NCBI GenBank assembly: GCA_963931495.1
Contig: OZ007020.1
Coordinates: forward strand, 509,880 to 573,879
Direction: 5' to 3'
Length of the DNA stretch: 64,000 bases
DNA from: an uncultured Alphaproteobacteria bacterium
Lineage (GTDB): Bacteria; Pseudomonadota; Alphaproteobacteria; Rs-D84
A model generated the notes under the pieces. That model saw only the letters and a program-made list of their open reading frames with translations. It had not been told where the DNA came from and did no database searches. Position numbers and translations under genes: made by a program. Within the stretch, counting starts at the first letter, position 1. Every line of letters begins with the position of its first letter. Of the stretch, positions 1-8,740 are shown piece by piece.

Positions 1-225
1 TACTGCGATTTGTTTGTTGATGCAATTTTGTCCGGAATTGAAAAGCGTTTGGGCGGGGCCGCCGGTAAAAAGGTTGAATCAGACATGTCGGACATCGCCG
101 ATGAATTTGAAGCGGATATGAAAGATAAAGAAGCACAACAAAAATCTAAAATGTCCGAAGCGCGCGCCGAACGTCGTGGTAAATTGATGGACAAGGCGGA
201 AAAAGCCGAAAAAGCGGATAAATAA
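1..225 (+). CDS. rpsB: 30S ribosomal protein S2, C-terminal fragment. The gene begins upstream of the window.
   Basis: The open frame runs in from the window edge. It has an acidic, Lys-rich C-terminal tail and sits immediately upstream of tsf, matching the conserved rpsB-tsf pair. The sequence assignment itself is weak. Confidence 0.5.
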   Translation, partial: YCDLFVDAILSGIEKRLGGAAGKKVESDMSDIADEFEADMKDKEAQQKSKMSEARAERRGKLMDKAEKAEKADK

Positions 226-298
226 TTATTCGTTATGTGTTTAACGGCGATTGGTTCAACCCCAATCGCCCACAATAATTAAAAAATGGGGGAAAACA

Positions 299-1168
299 AT
301 GGCAGAAATAACCGCAAAATTAATTCAAGAACTGCGTGAAAAAACATCCGCTGGGATGATGGATTGTAAAAAAGCGTTGGTTGAAAATAATGGTGATATA
401 GAAGCCGCCGCAGATTGGCTGCGCCAAAAAGGAATTGTCAAGGCGGCATCCAAGGCCGGGCGCGTCGCTGCATCTGGGTTGGTTACGGTTGTAAAATGTG
501 ACGATATGGGATGCGTCGTAGAAGTTAATGCGGAAACTGATTTCGTTGCAAAAAATGAAAAATTCCAACAGTTGGTCGCAGATGTTGCAAATAAGGCCGC
601 TGAATTCAAAGGTGACTTTGACGCAACATTGAACGCCGTTAAAGATGATATCGCAAATGCAATTTCAACGATTGGTGAAAATATGAATCTGCGCCGTATT
701 GCCAAGGTTACAGGTGATCATATTTACACATATATTCACAATGCCATGGTTCCAGGAATGGGGCAGATTGGTGTTGTGGTTGCGATTAACGGTGATTCTG
801 AAAAAATTGACGAAATCGGCAATAAAATCGCAATGCATATCGCGGCAAATAAACCAGAATTTATGACGATTGACGATGTTGATGCGGCGGCTGTGGAACG
901 TGAAAAAAAGATTTTCATTGAATCTGGGGCCACGGCTGGTAAACCAGAAAACGTTGTGGAAAAAATGGTTGAAGGCCGTATACATAAGTTTTATGCGGAA
1001 ACTGTATTGGAAGAACAACCGTTTGTTATGGATCCGTCAAAAACAGTAAAGCAAGTTGTTGAAGAAGCAGGTGGCAAGTTGGCTGGGTTCGCGTATTTCG
1101 TTCTGGGCGAAGGTATCCAGAAACGCGAAGACAACTTGGCCGATGAAGTCGCGAAAATGTTGTCGTAA
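299..1168 (+). CDS. tsf: Elongation factor Ts.
   Basis: The translation MAEITAKLIQELREKTSAGMMDCKKAL... is a canonical EF-Ts N-terminus. A GGGGG ribosome-binding site lies about 9 nt upstream of the ATG at 299. The track ORF 251..1168 starts earlier on a weaker codon. Confidence 0.93.
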   Translation: MAEITAKLIQELREKTSAGMMDCKKALVENNGDIEAAADWLRQKGIVKAASKAGRVAASGLVTVVKCDDMGCVVEVNAETDFVAKNEKFQQLVADVANKAAEFKGDFDATLNAVKDDIANAISTIGENMNLRRIAKVTGDHIYTYIHNAMVPGMGQIGVVVAINGDSEKIDEIGNKIAMHIAANKPEFMTIDDVDAAAVEREKKIFIESGATAGKPENVVEKMVEGRIHKFYAETVLEEQPFVMDPSKTVKQVVEEAGGKLAGFAYFVLGEGIQKREDNLADEVAKMLS

Positions 1169-1190
1169 TTGGCAACTGTTTGGTTATAAA

Positions 1191-1222
1191 AAAGTCCGGC
1201 TGGTTGCCGGATTTTTTTATTA
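1191..1222 (+). terminator. Rho-independent terminator after tsf.
   Basis: Hairpin tccggc-tggtt-gccgga followed by a T-run. Confidence 0.7.
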
Positions 1223-1277
1223 TTTTTCTGGAAAAACAGTGGGGTGCGTGGTATTTTATTAACATAAGGATTTGGTG

Positions 1278-1667
1278 ATGGACAGATACAAAATTCATGA
1301 CATAAAATATTATGATGTTGGTGCGAATTTATTCTTGGGACAAAATGGTCAAATCGTGCGGAATCAAATCGTGCCATTGGATTTTGTTTACGGATTACGC
1401 CCCGGGGATGTTGTTCGTGGACTGGGGCGACGTGATTTGATGTCATATCACACCGCATTTTCATGTCGGGGGCGGCTGTATTTGGTGCTGGAACCAATGG
1501 GCGATGGATACAGAGACTATGTGTCACGATTTTTTGATGCGGGTGACAGAATTTATTTTGGATATGCGTTGGCGCGGAATTTGATTTCGCGTGGAATTAT
1601 GCCAACATTAGATACTGCAAAAAATCTGGGGTTGTTTTTAGATGGACGCACAGGTAAAATAAGATAA
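1278..1667 (+). CDS. Hypothetical protein of about 129 aa.
   Basis: ATG at 1278 is preceded by AAGGA about 8 nt upstream. The ORF has no recognisable motifs and fills the tsf-tyrS gap. Confidence 0.4.
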   Translation: MDRYKIHDIKYYDVGANLFLGQNGQIVRNQIVPLDFVYGLRPGDVVRGLGRRDLMSYHTAFSCRGRLYLVLEPMGDGYRDYVSRFFDAGDRIYFGYALARNLISRGIMPTLDTAKNLGLFLDGRTGKIR

Positions 1668-1692
1668 AGGTCATTTTAAGCAGGGGTACGTT

Positions 1693-2910
1693 ATGCAAAA
1701 CGAATTATTACGGGAACTGGAATTACGTGGATTTATTAACCAGTCATCCAATATAGATGGTTTGAATGATGCGCTGAATGCGGGACGCGTTGTGGGATAT
1801 TGGGGAACCGACCCAACCGGGGATTCTTTGCATGTTGGGCATTTGGCGTCATTAATGTTAATGCGGTGGTTTCAGAAATATGGGCACAAGCCGATTTTAC
1901 TGGTTGGTGGGGCAACTGGACGTATCGGCGACCCGTCGGGGCGTGACAAGGGGCGCCCAATGCTAACCGATGAACAAATTGAACATAATTGTGCCGGGTT
2001 GCGTCGGTCTATTTCAAAGTTTATCCAGTTTGGCGATGGCGATACAGATGCCATTATGGTTGATAATAATGATTGGATGAAAAATTATGGCCATATGGAA
2101 TTTTTGCGTGAGTATGGAACGGATTTTACTGTACCACGTATGCTGTCAATGGAAAGTGTGCGGCGTCGTCTGGAAAATGGAATGACGTTTTTGGAATTTA
2201 ATTATATGACTTTCCAGGCGGTTGATTTTTTAACATTGTATAAAAAATATGGTTGCACGTTACAGTTTTGTGGCGCAGATCAATGGGGCAACTGTATCAT
2301 GGGAATTGAACTGATACGTAAAAAGTTGGGTAAAGAGGCATTTGTTTTATCAACCGCGCTGATAACAGATTCCCGCGGCGAAAAAATTGGTAAATCTGCG
2401 GGTAATGCGGTTTGGGTTAATGAAGATAAAACATCGCCGTATGAATACTATCAGTATTTCCGCAATACGCCGGATGATTTGGTGGAAAAATTCTTGAAAA
2501 TATTCACAGAAATTCCATTGGATGAAATTGCACGATTGTCCGAATTACAGGGCGCAGAATTAAATTCTGCAAAGCGGGTATTGGCATTTGCTGCAACAGA
2601 AATTGCGCATGGGCATGATGCCGCGGTTGCCGCAGAAAGTGCATCAGATGCATTGTTCGCAGGTGGCGCAAATTCAGAAAATATCCCAACGACAGAAATT
2701 AAAATGTCGGGAAAAATGGGTGTTCTGGATTTCTTGGTCGCGATAAAAATGTTTTCATCAAAATCCGAAGCGCGCCGCATGGTGGAACAAGGGGGTATTC
2801 AGATTGATGGCGAAAAAATTACGGACTGGAAATCAGATGTTTATCCAAGGAATGAAATGATGGTTCAGCGTGGTAAAAAAATATTCTTGCGCGTTGTTAA
2901 TAAAAATTAA
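1693..2910 (+). CDS. tyrS: Tyrosyl-tRNA synthetase.
   Basis: It carries the class I HIGH motif (HVGHL) and the KMSKS-type motif (KIGKS), plus a C-terminal S4-like domain. Length is 405 aa. Confidence 0.93.
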   Translation: MQNELLRELELRGFINQSSNIDGLNDALNAGRVVGYWGTDPTGDSLHVGHLASLMLMRWFQKYGHKPILLVGGATGRIGDPSGRDKGRPMLTDEQIEHNCAGLRRSISKFIQFGDGDTDAIMVDNNDWMKNYGHMEFLREYGTDFTVPRMLSMESVRRRLENGMTFLEFNYMTFQAVDFLTLYKKYGCTLQFCGADQWGNCIMGIELIRKKLGKEAFVLSTALITDSRGEKIGKSAGNAVWVNEDKTSPYEYYQYFRNTPDDLVEKFLKIFTEIPLDEIARLSELQGAELNSAKRVLAFAATEIAHGHDAAVAAESASDALFAGGANSENIPTTEIKMSGKMGVLDFLVAIKMFSSKSEARRMVEQGGIQIDGEKITDWKSDVYPRNEMMVQRGKKIFLRVVNKN

Positions 2911-3986
2911 TGAGAAAAATAGTCGTTGGTTTATTTTTAGGATGTTTGTTTGTGGCCCAGCCAGTTTGGGCCGCAAATGAATTATCACAGGTCCAGGCGC
3001 AAATCAAACAAACAGAACAACAAAATAAAAAGTTAACCCAGCAAGTAAATTCATCTGATCGTGAAATTGAATCAACAAAAAAGAAACTGGTACGTGTCGC
3101 GGACAGATTCAGTGATTTGGAATCCCAGCGGCGCGCAGTTGAAAGTAAAATTCGCGAATTGGATAAACAACGCGATGAATTGACACAATCTTTGGAACAA
3201 AACCGGGAACGTATTGCCGATGCAGCGGCCAGTATTTTGTTTGTTGCATCGCACCCAAATTTTGATTCTGAAAATATGCGGGAATATATTTTGACGTCTG
3301 CGGTGTTGTCAGGGGCGGCGGATAATTTTGATACAGAAATTCAAAGCGCAACTGAAAAAATTCAAGAATTACAAAAAATTCGCGCAGAACGCGCTGTTGA
3401 AAAAGAAAAATTGGACAGAACGGCCAAACGTTATGCCGATGAAAAAGATGAACTGGATAAGTTATTGCGTACGCGGTCGGCGCAAAATCAAAAATTACGA
3501 ACCCAGCAATCCGAATTACAAAAAAAATTGCGTGAACTGTCGGCACGCGCAAAGACAATATCTGAATTAATGGCCGGCGTGGGGAGTTCAGAAATGTCGG
3601 GGGATTCACGTTTTTCATTGCGGAAATTAAATCAGCCTGTGCGTGGCCGTGTTGTGGTGCACTTTGGCGAAAAAACTGCACTGGGGTTGCAATCAGATGG
3701 ATGGCGGATTCGGGTGCGGGGCGATGCATTGGTTATGGCGCCGGCCGATGGCACTGTAAAATTTGCCGATAATTTCAAGGGTTTTGGCAAGGTTATAATT
3801 ATGTCGCATAAGAATGGGTATAATACAATTATGACAAATCTGGGGACAATAAATGTAATGTTGGGGCAAGATGTGCTGGCCGGTGAACCGATTGGGCGGA
3901 TGAATCCAGACAAGGGCGAAATGTATCTGGAAGTGCGCCGTGGAAACAAGGTGGTTAATCCGGCGCAACTGTTCAAAGAAGACTGA
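2910..3986 (+). CDS. EnvC-like murein hydrolase activator: coiled coil plus a degenerate LytM/M23 domain.
   Basis: It has a signal peptide, a long Q/E/K/R-rich coiled coil, and a C-terminal LytM-like domain (GKVIIMSHKNGYNTIM...) that lacks the full HxxxD/HxH metal ligands. Its ATG overlaps the tyrS stop as ATGA. Confidence 0.75.
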   Translation: MRKIVVGLFLGCLFVAQPVWAANELSQVQAQIKQTEQQNKKLTQQVNSSDREIESTKKKLVRVADRFSDLESQRRAVESKIRELDKQRDELTQSLEQNRERIADAAASILFVASHPNFDSENMREYILTSAVLSGAADNFDTEIQSATEKIQELQKIRAERAVEKEKLDRTAKRYADEKDELDKLLRTRSAQNQKLRTQQSELQKKLRELSARAKTISELMAGVGSSEMSGDSRFSLRKLNQPVRGRVVVHFGEKTALGLQSDGWRIRVRGDALVMAPADGTVKFADNFKGFGKVIIMSHKNGYNTIMTNLGTINVMLGQDVLAGEPIGRMNPDKGEMYLEVRRGNKVVNPAQLFKED

Positions 3987-3988
3987 TG

Positions 3989-4914
3989 TTATCGTGAAAA
4001 TTGCTGTTCCAGTTCACGTATGTATTGCATTTGTTTGCGCATGAAAGATAATTTTTCCAGATTATTATCTGCACTCTTTTTATTGGCCGGCGTTATGCGC
4101 AGATCATCAGACGCCTTGATAAATCGGCGCAACCATACAACCATGATGCGATATTTCATAATTTCACGCAATGTATCACTTTTGACGCCCGGCATGTTGT
4201 ATAATGACTGGTTATGCATTTTATAGTATGCTTCATATACATTTTTATATATGTTCAGTTCTATTTGCAGTGGCGCAAATATATCACGATATATGAATTT
4301 ATAGTCTGCTTCGGCAAAGTCAATAAATGATAAGCGGCTGGATTTTGTGTCGTACATCACGTTGCGTGAACTGATGTCGGCATGTGACCACGCGTTACGT
4401 GTTTCATATTCAAACACAGAAATTTTGTCGCGAATGTTGGCCATTTGATAAATTTCTTCGCGCGTAAACCATATGTGCATTTTGTTTTCTATGAAATTGT
4501 CAAGACGCGAAAACTTTAATTCATTTTTAATGTTGTTTCGTTGAATGTCGCCAATGGGTTTTAATTCATTCATATCAACAAGAAAACTGGCGATGCTGTT
4601 TATGATTTCAAATTGTTGACGCTTTGATAATGTGTCATATAATTCCCAGGTTAATGGAACCCCGGGCGCGCGTTCTTCCAGAATTTGATATTCTGTATCG
4701 TGGATGTATTCCATGGCGGGAATGTTATATGACGGATTGTTTTTGGCCCGGATTTCATCAATGATTTTTTTTGGTTTTATGCTGCTTGGCCAGCCATGCG
4801 TTGCGCTTTTCCAGGGTAAATGTCGGTAATGGACGTTTCAGTACAAATTTGTCACCATAGTATACGGCATACGTTTCACGACCATGGTTTTCAAGATTTT
4901 TAATATCGTCCGGC
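3989..4914 (-). pseudogene. Aminoglycoside-phosphotransferase/choline-kinase-family (protein-kinase-like) gene interrupted by a frameshift in a homopolymer.
   Basis: The C-terminal part (3989..4714) has the Brenner motif HADISSRNVMY and the IDFAEA DFG-equivalent. The N-lobe, with the Lys-containing strand YAVYYGDKFVLKRP, is encoded from the ATG at 4914 in another frame and stops after the A8 run (plus-strand T8 at 4765..4772). Removing one A joins the two parts into a protein of about 300 aa. Confidence 0.6.
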
Positions 4915-4916
4915 AT

Positions 4917-5654
4917 TTACAGTATCTTTGATTTTGTCAGTACTTGGATAATTTCTTTTTGTGTGCGTAACATGCATGATTTCATGTATGACATATACGC
5001 CTTGTAATTTCCATTGGCATATGCAGTGATTGCGTCTTTATATTTCTGTTTGTCTGATGGGTGATTAAATACAATTGGCCGGTATCCGCCCTGAATCAGT
5101 ACCCAATTCATGACCATGCGCGCCATACGTTTATTAAAATCATCAAACGGTTGCAACATAATTAATTCATAATGCACCTTGAACGCGCGTATTGGCGCAG
5201 AATCAAATGTATTGTTCAGATTAAATATAATTTCATTTAATCGTGATGGTATTTCATGGTATTCAGGCGCATGCATACGTTGGCCATTGACAGTAATCTC
5301 AATAACCTTTGGGGTGCTGCGGAAAACGCCGCCATGGATTTTTGTGCCGGCACACATCATGCTGTGAATGCGGCAGACTTCGGTTGCATCAATCGGCGAT
5401 TTTGGATTATGTATTATATAGTCATACGCATCACCGATGTTTTTCATAGAATTGTAATCTAAATATGGTTGCTGGTTTTTATTCGGAACATAGAATAATG
5501 TACGTGGTTCAGTGTATGATATTTCATGACGCAGCCAATTTACGTTATTTAACCGTTTGACAGTCCCAGCACCTGATAATAACTTGGTTATTACCATGCG
5601 GTTCTGTTCAATTGGACTTTCAAACTTTTGTGTTTTTGTCATACTGTGTACCAT
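4917..5654 (-). CDS. Fic-fold protein with a degenerate Fic motif (HPFx[DE]GNGR replaced by QPFDDFNKRMAR).
   Basis: The motif region LQPFDDFNKRMARMVMNWVL aligns to the Fic core HPFxDGNGRxxR, with catalytic His changed to Gln and both Gly lost. Size is 245 aa. Confidence 0.55.
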   Translation of the reverse strand: MVHSMTKTQKFESPIEQNRMVITKLLSGAGTVKRLNNVNWLRHEISYTEPRTLFYVPNKNQQPYLDYNSMKNIGDAYDYIIHNPKSPIDATEVCRIHSMMCAGTKIHGGVFRSTPKVIEITVNGQRMHAPEYHEIPSRLNEIIFNLNNTFDSAPIRAFKVHYELIMLQPFDDFNKRMARMVMNWVLIQGGYRPIVFNHPSDKQKYKDAITAYANGNYKAYMSYMKSCMLRTQKEIIQVLTKSKIL

Positions 5655-5793
5655 TATTCCCTATATAATATAGTCCTTAAAATAAATTTGTCAACTTTTT
5701 TGTTGTTTTTATAAAAACGGGCTTGCAGGGTACATAATTTTGTTTTATGGTTGTTTTTGTATCATTAATCGTATTTATAAAAGGAATGCGGGC

Positions 5794-7230
5794 ATGTTGA
5801 AAAAAGTGCTGGTTTTTGTGATGTTGGTCTTGACGCCGGTTGTGTCAATGGCGGCGGATAAATCCAAGAAAGATGAACCAGTTGAACATTTGACAGATGA
5901 ACAGATTTATGAACAGTTGAAAAAACTGGCGCTGGTATTTGAGGTCGCGCGTGATAACTTTGTTGAAGAAGCCGATGAAAAAAAGATGCTGGAAGCGGCA
6001 ATGAACGGCATGTTACAGGCATTGGATCCGCATTCATCGTATCTGTCGGCGGATGATTTCAAAGAATTTAATGATAAATCGTTGGGTGAATTCGGTGGAC
6101 TGGGAATTCAAATCACCAGTGATCGCGGGGCTGTGCGGGTTATTTCGCCAATTGATGATACCCCCGCAGACAAGGCGGGCATCAAGGCGGGGGACTATAT
6201 AACCCATATTGACGATGAACCTGTGTTTGATTTAACACTGAACCAGGCGACCAAAAAGATGAAAGGGCGCCCAGGAACCAAGGTAAAGTTGACGGTTATA
6301 TCCGAAGGGGAAGAACCGCGTACAATTACACTGAAACGCGCAATCATCAAGGTTGAATCTGTAAAATATGAAGAAAAAACAATGGCGGATGCGGATGAAG
6401 ATTCAGATGAAAAAATCGGGTATATTCGTATATCGGATTTTGGTGCAACAACATCCAAAGAATTAAACAAGGCGTTGGAAAAACTGGAAAAAAAGGATGT
6501 TGTTGGATATGTGCTGGACGTGCGAAATAATCCGGGGGGGTATTTGACGGCGGCAATTGATGTTGCGGATGCATTCCTGGATGCCGGTGAAATTGTTTCA
6601 ACACGTGGCAAGCGCAAGACGGATATTGAACGTAACTATGCCACCCCGGGCGATTTGGCAAATGGAAAACCGGTCGTGGTGTTGATTAATCATGGGTCGG
6701 CATCTGCATCGGAAATTGTCGCAGGTGCACTGCAAGATAATGGGCGTGCGCTGGTTATGGGGTCGCAATCGTTCGGCAAGGGCAGTGTGCAACAGCAAAA
6801 GCCACTGGGCGATGGTACGGCAATTCATATTACAATTGCGCGTTATTATACCCCGTCAGGACGGTCAATACAAAATGAAGGTATTACCCCCGATATAGAA
6901 GTTCTGCAGAGCAAGATAGAGGTCTTGGAACGCAAGGAAAGTTTATATTCCGAAGCGTCATTCAAAAATGCATTGAAAAACGAAGAAGCAGAAAAGAAAA
7001 ATAAAGATAAATCTGATGATGACGATGCAGAATTGTCAGACGCAGAAAAAGATGCATTGGATTATCAGTTGCAACGCGCAATGGACATGGTGCGCGCAAT
7101 GTCAAAATTGAAAGAAAGGGCGGATTTTGTTCCGGCAACACCGGAATCAAACGCGGCGTTGGATACAGATGTGGATGCAGGGAACCCAGAATCTGGGGAT
7201 GCCGATGGTGAAACAAATAATGAAAAGTAA
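5794..7230 (+). CDS. ctpA: Carboxy-terminal processing (tail-specific) protease, S41 family with a PDZ domain.
   Basis: It has a signal peptide, a PDZ region (GLGIQIT...VISPIDDTPADKAGIKAGD) and the S41 catalytic region (NHGSASASEIVAGALQD). The likely start is MLKKV at 5794; the track ORF begins at 5740. It also has an acidic Lys-rich C-terminal tail. Confidence 0.88.
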   Translation: MLKKVLVFVMLVLTPVVSMAADKSKKDEPVEHLTDEQIYEQLKKLALVFEVARDNFVEEADEKKMLEAAMNGMLQALDPHSSYLSADDFKEFNDKSLGEFGGLGIQITSDRGAVRVISPIDDTPADKAGIKAGDYITHIDDEPVFDLTLNQATKKMKGRPGTKVKLTVISEGEEPRTITLKRAIIKVESVKYEEKTMADADEDSDEKIGYIRISDFGATTSKELNKALEKLEKKDVVGYVLDVRNNPGGYLTAAIDVADAFLDAGEIVSTRGKRKTDIERNYATPGDLANGKPVVVLINHGSASASEIVAGALQDNGRALVMGSQSFGKGSVQQQKPLGDGTAIHITIARYYTPSGRSIQNEGITPDIEVLQSKIEVLERKESLYSEASFKNALKNEEAEKKNKDKSDDDDAELSDAEKDALDYQLQRAMDMVRAMSKLKERADFVPATPESNAALDTDVDAGNPESGDADGETNNEK

Positions 7231-7244
7231 CAGGATATAAATTT

Positions 7245-7907
7245 ATGAAAAACGAATATAAACGTTATTTTTTGCAGAATTGGAAAATCTTTGATACGTT
7301 TAATTTGCCCAAGAACTTTGTTGTTGATGGTGATCTGGATTTATCTGATATGGGGCTGGATGAATTACCAAATATGTCAACCGTAAAGGTAAAAGGGCGC
7401 TTTGATTGTTCGCACAATAATTTGGTGTCTTTGATTGGGGCGCCACGTACGGCCAAGCATTTTGATTGTTCGTACAATAAATTGAAAAATTTGGTCGGTG
7501 CGCCGTCAGTCACCCAGGTTTTTGATTGCAGTCATAATAATTTGAAATCTTTGAATCATTCCCCAGATTTCGTGGATATTTTTAATTGTTCTGGAAATCA
7601 ATTGTTGTCGCTGGAATATGGTCCGCGACGTGCCAATGTGTATGATTGTGCAAATAATAAACTGGTTTCGTTATATGGGGCACCGCGCAAAGTTCAATAT
7701 TTTTGTTGTGCGTACAATTTATTAAATCGGTTGATTTATGGTCCGGTGCGCGCCGAAATTTATGATTGTTCATATAATCGGTTGTGTACGCTGGATGATG
7801 CGCCACGTGTGGCAGAAAAACTGGATTGTTCGTATAACGATAATTTGATTCCGGGGCGGATACCATCAGGAATACAAATATTGCTGTGTAATCAGCGTAC
7901 ACGTTGA
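7245..7907 (+). CDS. Bacterial-type leucine-rich-repeat protein with eight 22-residue FDCSxNxLxxLxGAP repeats.
   Basis: The tandem repeats fit the LxxLxCxxNxLxxLxxxP pattern of YopM/IpaH-type bacterial LRRs. There is no signal peptide. An AGGA ribosome-binding site precedes the ATG. Confidence 0.7.
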   Translation: MKNEYKRYFLQNWKIFDTFNLPKNFVVDGDLDLSDMGLDELPNMSTVKVKGRFDCSHNNLVSLIGAPRTAKHFDCSYNKLKNLVGAPSVTQVFDCSHNNLKSLNHSPDFVDIFNCSGNQLLSLEYGPRRANVYDCANNKLVSLYGAPRKVQYFCCAYNLLNRLIYGPVRAEIYDCSYNRLCTLDDAPRVAEKLDCSYNDNLIPGRIPSGIQILLCNQRTR

Positions 7908-7936
7908 TAAAAAAACGGGATTTTTATCCCGTTTTT
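7908..7936. terminator. Bidirectional terminator between the LRR gene and the ClpP-like gene.
   Basis: Hairpin aaacgggat-tttt-atcccgttt flanked by A/T runs on both sides. Confidence 0.65.
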
Positions 7937-8611
7937 TTATCGCTGTTTTGTTTTACGATTTATAAATGTGCCTTGGCTGGTCAGAATCCAGTCGCACATT
8001 TTTTTGTCCAGACAATCGTACGCAGAAATTTGGCTGTATTCCGTACGTTGGTATTTTAATAATTCGCGCTTGGTTATATTTGTGTATTGCAGGTATGGCG
8101 CAAAAAAACTGTCGCGCATTTCTTTTTCATATTTTGCGGCCTTGTCAATTTCTATGGGTTTGGTTACAGAATAAACACTGCGACCATAATGAATCAGATT
8201 GTATGATTGTTCATACATGATGCGAAATCCTGGGGTGCCTTGGACGGCAATCAGACTGGCGCATGATGATGCGTTACCGGTAATAAATGTGCGAATAATT
8301 GCGCCTTTGGCACGCGCCAGATTTAATAATGACATGATGCTTTTATTGACAGACAGTTGGCCACCCGGTGAATCAATGCAAATGTCAATTACCTGGGGCA
8401 CGTTCTTTGGCAGTGAATATGGGTTTGGGATTGGTCCCAGATTTATTCCGATTGCTTCTGGGCGCCAATGCAGTTCATCAACCATATTGCTGATGTTACC
8501 GATTAATTCAGCGCATGTTTCTGTATCAATGCTGTCCAGCAAAAATATCTTTCTGCCGGAAATATAATTTGCAGACTTTAATGTGTTTATTATTTTTGCA
8601 CCGTCAGGCAT
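7937..8611 (-). CDS. Divergent ClpP-family (S14) serine peptidase, orphan.
   Basis: It has the ClpP-like IDSPGG oxyanion motif, a GNASSCAS segment equivalent to the GxAASMG active-site Ser motif, and a His region NLIHYGRS. Length is 224 aa. No clpX lies adjacent. Confidence 0.6.
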   Translation of the reverse strand: MPDGAKIINTLKSANYISGRKIFLLDSIDTETCAELIGNISNMVDELHWRPEAIGINLGPIPNPYSLPKNVPQVIDICIDSPGGQLSVNKSIMSLLNLARAKGAIIRTFITGNASSCASLIAVQGTPGFRIMYEQSYNLIHYGRSVYSVTKPIEIDKAAKYEKEMRDSFFAPYLQYTNITKRELLKYQRTEYSQISAYDCLDKKMCDWILTSQGTFINRKTKQR

Positions 8612-8740
8612 ACGAATAACTCCTTTGAATGACCTTGTGATACAAAAATGTTAATTTGTCAATGTTTTTATAAGTCTTGCCTTGGGAATAAAATGGGGGT
8701 ATCATATGGCGCGTATGAATTTTTAACAGGGAAATGAAAA

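Noticed and set aside
325-1527. Several minus-strand ORFs overlapping tsf.
   Set aside because: They lie antisense to a highly conserved EF-Ts gene, with no ribosome-binding sites.
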